DNA of 64,000 nucleotides from Octopus vulgaris (lineage: Eukaryota), in the NCBI GenBank assembly GCA_951406725.2, contig OX597823.1, positions 63,674,001-63,738,000 of the forward strand, written 5' to 3'. The number at the start of each line of letters is the position of its first letter. Position 1 is the stretch's first letter. The notes beneath the pieces are model-generated. The model saw only the letters and a list, made by a program, of their open reading frames with translations. It made no database searches and had not been told where the DNA came from. Both the position numbers and the translations under genes were made by a program. Positions 54,255 through 64,000 of this stretch are shown piece after piece.

Positions 54255-54540
54255 ATAAGATGAAACTAAGAGCCATAGAAAGTTACTTGCTAGGAATATC
54301 ATTAGAAGAACAAATTTGAAACAAGATAATTTGAAAATGGATGGAGTGAATGATGTGATTGCAGAGTACAGAAAGCACAAGTTCCACTGGGCTAGATATG
54401 TTATAAGGTTCACAGATAACAGGTGGACCCATGCACTTGCTAAGTGATATCCAAAAGATCAGAAAAGGCCACCTGGACAGCTTCCACAATAATGGGAAGA
54501 TGACCTAGTTAAAGCAATTTGGGTCAAGATGGAAAAGAAT
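54255..54540 (+). mobile_element. Decayed RTE-like LINE C-terminal fragment
   Basis: HWARYVIRFTDNRWT...KRPPGQLPQ*WEDDL. Confidence 0.55.
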
Positions 54541-54582
54541 GACACCATTGTGACAGCAATTGATGTTCTGGTCAATACTTTG

Positions 54583-54613
<31 letters not shown>

Positions 54614-54840
54614 CGCATGTGTGAGTGTCTTTGAGTTTGTCCCTCCCATCACTGCTTGACAACCAGTATTGGTGTGTTTACATCCCTGCAACCTAGCGGT
54701 TCAGCAAAAGAGACCGATAGAATAAATACTAGGCTTAAAAAAATAAGTCCTGGGGTCGATTTGTTCTGCTAAAACCCTCCAAGGCAGTGTTCCAGCATGG
54801 CCACAGTCAAATGACTGAAACAAATAAACAATGAAAGATA

Positions 54841-55201
54841 TCTATTATATAAAATCCTTTCTGTCTGTCTGTCTGTGTGTTTTCTAGGATCTCGGGCATC
54901 CTCCATCCGATTACGCTCAAATTTGATATGTAGATACCGACAGTATCAGGGTGTGTATAAGTTTTGAAAAAATTACAAAAATCGATTCCAGGTGAGAATG
55001 CAATCGATAAAGCCATTTTTCTTAGGAATAGAAAAAAGTCTATCGTTATTTCTTCTTTAGCTGGTGTCTCAAATTTAGGTTAAATCAGTGTTTCTCAAAG
55101 GGGAGGCATATGGGACGGTGGGACAAGTTGTTTTGAGAAAATTTGGTTTAAATGTTTGACAACTCAGCACCGTCCATTGGACGGGGGTGCGTTTTGCTTG
55201 T
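54841..55201 (+). mobile_element. Non-autonomous Helitron-like element
   Basis: Starts TCTATTATATAAAATCC; same ends as 27418-27803 (hairpin CCGTCCATTGGACGG) but a different middle. Confidence 0.65.
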
Positions 55202-56843
55202 ATATATATGTGTGTGTGTGTGTATGTGTAGAAATAATTAAGATTCAGTTGAATTAGGTACTGAAGTTGAGGCATCAAGTCAGTCCGGTATGGTCTGCAT
55301 TAGGTGAATAAAAAGCAAATATGTAACAGGGATATACCATTATAATTTTTTAGCAAAATTTCATCAGAACTAGAGACTAAGATAATTACATTGCTTCTCT
55401 TTACTATTTTTGTATCTGGTATGTTGGAAATCTATATGTGGCTGTATGCACCCAGGGAGAGCAGTTTATTTCCAATTGATGTAATGTTTGCAATGATCGA
55501 TTCAATGGAGCCACTTGAAATGGCTGTAATGCACTGATTCCTGGACATCCTTGTTACTTATTTGCTTTATATATATATATATATGTGTGTGTGTTTGTGT
55601 GTATGTGTGTGTGTGTACATACATATGCATGTATGTATCCACAAATCATACAAGACAATCAGCACTGTGTCACATATTTGCACTGTTTGTAATGCAAATT
55701 TCAAGCAGCTCTCGAGGCTTGAAAGCCACTTAGGTGCTCATGCACAGAAAAAAAAAACATATCTGACAAGAAAGATGAAGTGGTCAAACTCTGAATAGGA
55801 ACATACTACCTCTATGCATGCAAGTACATATGCATATATGTATATTGATCATAACCCCAAGTAATTTCTAATTGGCTGTGGAGCACTGTCAATGGATGGA
55901 TGAATACCTTCTTCAGACATATTAAGACGTTCCATATGAGGTTCCTGCATTTCTAGTAACCATATCTAGATGTGAGTGTTGTGAGTGTACCTATGTGTGT
56001 GTGTGTGTGTGTGTATGTGCATGCATATGAAGTGTGAAAGCTCATGCCCTAATGATTTGGGTGTTAGGTTCACAATCATAAGGTCATGGGTTCAATTCCT
56101 TGACAAGGTACTGTGCTGTGTCTTTCAGAAAGGCACTTTGTTTAGCATCGCTCCAATACACCTCACTGAAATGAGTACCAGCTGAGTATGAAATACTGGT
56201 GCAGTCCTCCTTCCATCCAGCCATTATATCTTCAATGTTCCATTGGGTCTAGGGTGAAAGGGCTGAGGGAGTGTATATTTCAGCAACCAAAAGAATAAGA
56301 ATTTAAAACAATTTGTGAATGCAGGGCATGTCACCAAGTCATACTTGATTGCAAGTGATGGCTGTAGTTAGTTATACAGTGTGTGCATCCAGCTTCAACA
56401 ACCACTCCAAAAATGAAAGAATGGATAGAAGAGACACAGGCTACTTGTATGGGAGGAAAGAATTCTAAACAGGAGCTGATACACAGTAGAAAGCACACTT
56501 TGATTATAATTAAAGACACTCTCTTTCGTGCATAATTCTAGGTGACATTTTTAGCATTTTTCATATAAATCTGCCAAGCCAACAGTTGGTTTTATGTTGC
56601 AAACTTTATATTTTAAAGTAGCATACATTAAAAGTCTCTCATTAAAATTTTATGTTGCATTATGTTCAAAACACCAGCTTAATAAAGGCTATTTTACCAC
56701 ATTCTTTATAATTTTCAGAGTTAATTGGAACAATGGCAGTGAATTACACACAATACACACACGTGGCTGCTGTTTTTAGCTTCGATCTACCAAATTCACT
56801 AATCCATACTGTGGAGGCATGAGGTTTAGTGGTTAGGATGTTG

Positions 56844-57071
56844 GGCGAGCTGGCAGAATCGTTAGCACGCCGGGCAAAATGCTTAGCGGTATTTCGTCTG
56901 CCGCCACGTTCTGAGTTCAAATTCTGCTGAGGTCAACTTTGCCTTTCATCATTTCGGGGTCGATTAAATAAGTACCAGTTACGCACTGGCGTTGATATAA
57001 TCGACTTAATCCGTTTGTCTGTCCTTGTTTGTCCTCTCTGTGTTTAGCCCCTTGTGGATAGTAAAGAAATA
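56844..57071 (+). mobile_element. Full-length SINE B nested in the head of another tRNA SINE
   Basis: TSD GGTTAGGATGTTG (56831-43) / GGTTACGATGTTG (57072-84); the host SINE resumes to ~57300. Confidence 0.85.
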
Positions 57072-57724
57072 GGTTACGATGTTGGGCTTATGCTTGCAAG
57101 ATTGTGGTTTCGGTTCCTGGACCAGGCAACACATTGTGTTCTTGAGCAAAACACTTCATTTCATGTTCATCCAGTCCACTTACCTGGCAAAGATGAGTAA
57201 CCCTGCGATGGACAGGCGACCCATCCAGGTAGGGAATTTATATGCCAAGAAAACTAGGAAACTGGCCCTTATGAGTCAGTATGACACAAGAAAGTAACTT
57301 TACTTTACCTTTTACTAATCCATTCATAATGCCTTATTTGGTCTGGAATTATAGAATACATTTGCCTAGCAGTGGGACTGAACCTGAAACCATGTGGTTA
57401 GGGGGCAAATGCTGTAACAACACAGCCATAACTGCACTTAACTTCTTAATCACATCAACATAAGGACATGGTTTTCAATTATTTGATTGAGACCTGGTGA
57501 GATAAAAGCTAAGTCAACATAAACCAGATTTGAACTTGGAATGTAAAGAGTTACAACTAAATGCCAAAAGTTACCAATATCAATGATAAAGTATTCTGTG
57601 AGTGGTGGGGCACATCAGTGAAAGGGACGAAAGCGTATGGCATCTAATGTAACACTGCTTGATGGACGTATTGATTACATACTTTGTCTTTGGGATTCAG
57701 ACAATGTAAATCGAGGTACCTTCT

Positions 57725-58478
57725 GAACTACACAATGTTACACTACAGCACATCTGGTCATACAACACTACACCATACAACACCACAAACACTACACAAC
57801 ACTGCACAGCACACTACACCACAAACACCATACAACATACGTGTTGTATCTCACATCAATACACAGTACACAATGCTGCACAACAACACAAGCACCACAG
57901 AACAACACGCAGCACGTTATAGCACACAACAACACAAGCACCATACAATGCACAATAATACAAACAGCATACAACAACACACAACACAAACACCACAGAA
58001 CAACACACAACATACTATACCACAAGACACAAACACCACAGAACAACACACCGCACACTATAGCACACAACAACAACACAAACACCATACAACAACACAA
58101 CAACACAAACACCATGAAAACAACATACAGTACACTACACCGCAGAACAACACACAGCACACTATAGCACACAACAACACAAACACCATACAATGCACAA
58201 CAACACAAACACCATACAACAACATACAGTACACTACACCGCAGAACAACACACAGCACACTATAGCACACAACAACACAAACACCATACAATGCACAAT
58301 AACACAAACACCATACAACAACACACAACAACACAAACACCATACAACAACATACAGTACACTACACCGCAGAACAACACAGCACACTATAGCACACAAC
58401 AACAACACAAACACCATACAATGCACAATAACACAAACACCACATAACAACACAAATACTATGCAACAACACATCAAT
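57725..58478. repeat. C/A-rich complex minisatellite (~100 bp higher-order unit)
   Basis: CAACATACAGTACACTACACCGCAGAACAACAC recurs at ~58121, 58220 and 58348. Confidence 0.85.
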
Positions 58479-59343
58479 AGTTAAAAACCTAGTCAAAAAG
58501 CAGTGCCTCTTAAATTATCCCTGAACTTTCTAGGAATAGAAATAAATGTCTATGATTACAGGTGTGCTTGATGAGGGTTGACCAGGGGCTAAACACAAAC
58601 AACTATTACAGCAACAGCAAAACCTAAAGCATGAGCAAGACAAAGAGCCTCTGTGATGTCACAAGACTTGCCAGAAATAGCAGCTTAATCTGTCTCGAAT
58701 CACACTACCTGTCATCTTATAATGAAAAGGAATTACAAATTGGACAATGTGATCCTCCTAAATGAAACAGTCATGGCTGGAAAGCTCTTTGATGAATAGG
58801 TCTGATGGATTAACACTAGCCCAGGGCTAAAAGAAACAACAACAACTGCTGCTGCTGCTGCTGCTGGGAGGAGAAGAAGAAGAAGAAGAAGAAGATTGTC
58901 AAGTATTTTCAAATATGAGGAGCTACCTCATGCAAGAAGATAGATAACAGAGAATAATAATAACAATAATAATAATAAAAATAATAATAATAACAATAAC
59001 AAGATAAAAATATACAAAGAAATAAACAAAATAATCTTTTAATTTAATCTCTGCCCTTATAGTCTATACCTCATTTTTCCTTTTATAAAAAAAAGGGGGT
59101 GTAAAAAACTAACAACCTCTAAACAATAATAATTCTGTCTTTCTAATAGTTAATCCCTCCTTTAGAGCAGGAAGAAGCCAGATTGGCTACATTTTTGGGG
59201 TTCTTTATTTAAAAAAAAAATTTTTTTTTTTTTGTATCATGTACTTGGTAATTATCCTTATATCCTATACATAAGATAGTAAGTTTGCTGCAGCAACTAA
59301 TAGAGGCCTGCTGGCAAATATCCCACCTTCACCCACAACACAA

Positions 59344-59388
<45 letters not shown>

Positions 59389-60078
59389 GCCATTGCTGCT
59401 GCCACCACTACCACCACCGTTTACACCACTGCTGCCACCACCACTGCCACCACCACTAACCACCGCCACCGCTTTGCCACTATGATTCCTCACCTCACCT
59501 TTTATCAAGGCAAGAAAATGAAAGAATGAGGACTGTCCTTTTTGACCGATATAAACAGTTTATTTACAAATGTTTTCATGTTTTTGTTTTTTTTTACTTC
59601 TTTTGCTTTTGTTTATGCTGAGTTCAAATGCAATACATGCTGTCTCGCAGCTCCAAATATTTTTCCATGAACAACGAATTATTTGTTACAATATCGTAAC
59701 AATATAAGCGTAACATTGGTCTCAAATTCTATCACAAGGCCAGTAAGCTTGGGGGGGGGGGGAGGTAACTTGATTACATTCAACCCCAGGGTTTCACTGG
59801 CACTCAATTTATCAACTCTGAAAGGATGAAGGGCAAAGTTGACCGAGGCAGAATTTGAACTCATAACGTTAAGATGGACAAAATGCTGCAAAACAAAATG
59901 GTCTGGCATGCTAATGATTCTGCCAGCTCACATAACATTGGTATCATATAGCAGGTAATAACTATAATGATGTCACACAATAGAAAACTGCAACAGTAAT
60001 AGCAAGTTATTATAGTTTACCAACGCTACACACAAAAGAGAGAGATACCTTTATATATATATATATATATATATATAT

Positions 60079-60400
60079 TAGGTTGTCAAGAAAGTTCTTG
60101 TGGAATTTTTAAATTTTGGTTTTAAATGACGTATTTTCAAATCAATTTTTGTTAAATTGCTTTGACGTTATATATCATTTAAAAGCCCGTTTTTCACTCT
60201 ATCTAATCGTGTTACTCTTTTTCTTTTTGAATAATTAGGCCATTTTTTTTCCGGAACGTTGAATACAAAATGGACAAAAAGCAAATTCGCACAATTTTCT
60301 TATCCCATTTCAAGATAAGCCGAAAAGCTGCTGAAACAGCTGGTGATGTCAATGATGCACTTGGCTCAGGAACCACTAATGAACATACAGCACAATGGTG
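60079..60400 (+). mobile_element. Mariner 5' fragment (Hsmar1/cecropia-like), cut by a SINE A copy (60405-60790)
   Basis: TA + TTAGGTTGTCAAGAAAG TIR; MDKKQIRTIFLSHFKISRKAAETAGDVNDALGSGTTNEHTAQW. Confidence 0.8.
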
Positions 60401-60818
60401 TGTGCCTGAGTGCATGTGTTTGCTTCCCAACCACATGCTTTCAGGTTCAGTCCCACTGCATGGCACCTTGGGCAAATGTCTTCTCCAACAGCCGACCAAA
60501 GCCTTGTGAGTGGTTTTGGTAGATGGAAACTGAAAGAAGCCCATTATATATATATGTAACTGTACATCAGTGTGTATGTCTTTGTGCCTGTGTTTGCCCC
60601 CCCCCCCCCCCAATTACCGCTTGACAACTGGTGTTGTGTTTATGTCTGTGTAACTTAGCAATTCAGCAAAAGAGACTAATAGAATAAGTGCTAGGCTTAA
60701 AAAAAAAGTTACTGATTTGTTCAACTAAAACCCTTCAAGGCAGTGCTCCAGCATGGCTGTAGTCAAATGACTGAAGCAAGTAAAGAAATAAAAAAAAATA
60801 CAAAAACAAATATGTTAC

Positions 60819-60950
60819 CTATTTCTTTTGATTTTGAGGAACCGTCTTCTATCACATCACCTGTTCGCTGACCACTGCCCATTCGGTCAGCCATCCTCTG
60901 TGTGACCTTACCACTGGATTTCCTGCTACTGCTGCCACTACCAGTCCTTT
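60819..60950 (-). CDS. IFT88: IFT88 penultimate coding exon
   Basis: TTTTCAG acceptor and AG|GTAACA donor; 132 nt, phase 1/1; (E)RTGSGSSSRKSSGKVTQRMADRMGSGQRTGDVIEDGSSKSKEI(D), splicing in frame to the conserved KEIDA.Y.DPLGP. Confidence 0.9.
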
Positions 60951-61029
60951 CTGAAAATTAAATGTGGAAAATGCAATTAAATGATAGCACACATAGACAC
61001 ACACATATATATATGCTTGACAAGTGTAT

Positions 61030-61430
61030 AAAGAAGTGCCGATCTCTAACTGTAGAGGAAATCTGTGGAAGAGGTAGAGCCAGGAAGACATAGGACGGGG
61101 TAGTGAAATATGATCCTCAAATGTTAGGCCTCATGGAGGCAATGAGAAGTGATCAAGACCTTTGGCAATACGCTGTGTTTGAGAAGATTCATCAAGTCAG
61201 GTGAAATTGTAGTTGTAGGTGATGCCAGTGCTACATAAAAGCACTCATGCTGGTGGCATATAAAATGCACCCTTTACTCTCTTGGAGTGGTTGGTGTTAA
61301 AAGGTGTATCCAGCTGTAGAAATTCTGTCAAATCAGACTGGAACCTGGTGCAGCTCTCCAGGTTAGCAGTTCTAGTTAAACTGTCTAACCCATGCCAGCA
61401 GACACTAAATGATGATGATGATGATGATAC
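61030..61430 (+). mobile_element. RTE LINE 3' end with (TGA)n tail
   Basis: GRGRARKT*DGVVKYD...DQDLWQYAV, then a 3' UTR ending AACCCATGCCAGCA...AAATGATGATG; similar tails at ~50830-50880 and ~52960-53006. Confidence 0.65.
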
Positions 61431-62056
61431 ATACATTCATATGTGTATAACAGAATAAGGTACAGACAGGCAAATAACTAGTATCAGGTCAGGTTAGATT
61501 ATGACTTTGATACATTTCTACAATACATAGGAAGAGAAAAACGCTTCAAGGAATTTAAATCACAAGAGATCAATAAACAATCGATTCAGCCTGTGCACTA
61601 ATTGTCTAATTGTAGTTACCTATCACCTACATCATCAGACATAGTATTACCTGCAATTTACATCCATATGTGTGTCTGTGTGCGAATGTGTGTTTAAGCA
61701 TCTATGTATATATAATATATATATATATATGTATGTATGAATGCATATTCCAACTGTGTCCATGTGAGAGCATCACTAGGTACTTAATGTTGGCACCATC
61801 ATTGGTTAAATGTAGCATGACCAACCGAGCATGTTTAATTCATATCTAATCTTCTTTTCTCCCTTGATCAAGGAATTTAATTCCACCATTCTGTGAAGCT
61901 ATAAGCTATGTTATTGAGACCTGGCACTCTAGTTGTCTGTCAAAACTGTTCCCACTATAATGATAAATCTTAGTAGACTGGTGTCAACAAATGTACCGCT
62001 ATATATGTATGTACACATACATGCATGCATCTATGTATGTATGTATGTATGTATGA

Positions 62057-62092
<36 letters not shown>

Positions 62093-62117
62093 ATTTCTCT
62101 CTCTCTCTCTCTCTCGA

Positions 62118-62166
<49 letters not shown>

Positions 62167-62609
62167 TATATGTACTGTTGTGTCTGAGGAGAGTCATTCT
62201 CTTTTAGTGCCTTTTACTGTCTCTTTCACTCTCTCTTTCTCTTTCACTTCCTTTGTGTCCCTCTTCTCTCCCGCTTTTGATTTAACAATGTGTATGTGTA
62301 TTTATGTATCTACTTCTCTTGCGATGAACGCAGTCACCACTCACTGTTTCTTTCACTCTCTCTCTTTCTCACACACATTTTTCCTCTCTCTCTCACTATC
62401 TTCCTTTCTTTCTTTCTTAGGTCCTCTCTGAAAAAGCAAAACGAATGCTGTTACCACTCACTGTCTGTTTCACTCTCTCTTTCTCTCTTACTTCCTCTCT
62501 GTCCTCCTCTCTCACTTCGCCACTTCTTTGAAGTGTGACACACACTACAGGTACGTACAAAAGCAAAGAGCGTATTAATATTACTGATGATAACATAATA
62601 ATAATAAGG

Positions 62610-63008
62610 ACTTCTCCATTAAGACTAACCATACTATTATGACAAGAAGACCAGACATGACTATAGAAGTCATAATAAACAGAGCAGGATCATAGATTTT
62701 GCAATACCCAACGATAGCAAAGTTGATACCAAAGAAATGGGAAAAACTGAGAGATACGAAGATCTAGCCAGAGAACTGAGGAGACTGCAGAAGATCAAGG
62801 CAAAATCATTCCTGTAGTAGTAGTAGGTGCACTTGGCATAACACCCAAAATGCTATCTAAAAGACAACGAAACTGGAATTGAAACTCGCATTGTTGACCT
62901 GCAGAATTCTGGAAGAATCCTAAGAAAGATTCTTGAGGTTTGAGGAGACTTGTTGTCGTCAAACCACAAGATAGAATATCTAGTAAAAAAACTAGTATGC
63001 ACTAGTGA
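62610..63008 (+). mobile_element. R4/Dong-clade non-LTR retrotransposon 3' fragment (RLE domain)
   Basis: RRPDMT...IIDFAIPNDSKVDTKEMGKTERYEDLARELRRL...PVVVVGALG; (TAA)n-like repeats on both flanks. Confidence 0.75.
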
Positions 63009-63211
63009 AATAATAATGATAATAAATGTGGTCAAATTCCAGCAGCTGGTCATAGGTAAAGCTGGAACACTGCCAAAAACAAAAAAAAATTACCAAACTT
63101 TTTTTTTTCATATATTAGATATAAATATAAAAGAGAATGAAACTTTGAAGACGAAAGATAAGAGAGAAGAAGATACATTAAAGGAGTATTATTCAGAGAT
63201 ATATCACATAC

Positions 63212-63278
63212 CACTGCCAGCGCTTCCTTCACGAGCATCTCGGTGCCGACCACTGCCTCGTCTGCCACTGTTGATTCT
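63212..63278 (-). CDS. IFT88: IFT88 antepenultimate coding exon
   Basis: CATTCAG acceptor and G|GTATGT donor; 67 nt; RINSGRRGSGRHRDAREGSAGS, similar to RIKSGRDGSGGSRGKREGSASG as recalled for vertebrate IFT88; phase-compatible with the next exon. The rest of the gene lies beyond the window. Confidence 0.9.
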
Positions 63279-63505
63279 CTGAATGCCACAAAGAACAGAG
63301 AGGAAATTTAATGCAATGCAGCAGTGTTGGATATATATATATATATATTACCACATATGTTTTGGAACAGTTTAGATTCTCTGTCTATAGGATATAAATT
63401 GATACATTGGTGTATGTTCATATGTGTTTCCATCAACAAAGAGGGGTTTATATTTTATCTTCTTTGGCAATAGGAAAATACACACACACATATATATATA
63501 CACAC

Positions 63506-63564
<59 letters not shown>

Positions 63565-63732
63565 CACACACACACACACATATCACACAAATCATCACAT
63601 GTACACAGACATGACAGAAGTAAATAGACACCCCATAAAACAGCGGTTTATGCTTATTCTAACCTGTAAGGGTCTATAATTTTTATTAATGGACATTTTT
63701 ATGTTTCAGGTTCTATATGTGATTGTTTAATC

Positions 63733-64000
63733 ATGCCATGTACAAAAGAAGCCTTGGAACCATCTGAATTTCAAAGAGGCCGCATTGTGGGTTATTCTGA
63801 AGGTGAACATAGTCAGGGCAAAATCGCAGAAAACCTTGGGAACCTGCTTTCTACAGTTAATAGAGTGATTGTGCAATTTCACTAGAGAGAGGAAGGAGTC
63901 CACATCATCTCACCCAGATCAACCAGGGCCCTCTGACAGGATCCTTCTCTTTGTTAGGAGAAGCATGGAGGATAATCCTTATTGCAAAGCCTCTCACATA
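63733..64000 (+). pseudogene. Tc1-like transposase N-terminal remnant
   Basis: [49 protein letters not shown] (paired-like HTH), then a frameshift. Confidence 0.75.

Noticed and set aside
57684-58484. 266-aa ORF and CRISPR-like periodicity
   Set aside because: Low-complexity tandem repeat without unique spacers, in eukaryotic DNA with no cas genes.

Overview
AT-rich, microsatellite-saturated metazoan genomic DNA. The SINE, LINE and mariner content suggests a coleoid cephalopod (Octopus-like); this is inference. Real host coding sequence is tiny: the last three coding exons of IFT88 on the minus strand (63278-63212, 60950-60819, 45935-45817, spliced peptide ending ...KSKEIDATYSDPLGPQAERPKTAARRREVEDEFADEEIEDLLPE*), plus a probable signal-peptide first exon of a second, unidentified minus-strand gene (16820-16766). 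Nearly all other listed ORFs are microsatellite artefacts or transposon remnants: RTE, L1/Tx1, CR1, R4/Dong and Penelope-like retroelements, mariner/Tc1, Helitron-like and MITE elements, and at least three tRNA-type SINE families. The most interesting signals are: (i) several unrelated type-I hammerhead ribozyme motifs in Penelope-like or non-autonomous elements, mostly inside (TA)n tracts; (ii) two independent Tx1/L1-like insertions in one (GATA)n tract, suggesting microsatellite targeting; (iii) an abundant SINE whose 3' tail matches that Tx1-like LINE; (iv) many long fold-back palindromes. Coordinates were read by eye; transposon boundaries are approximate unless TIRs or TSDs are quoted.
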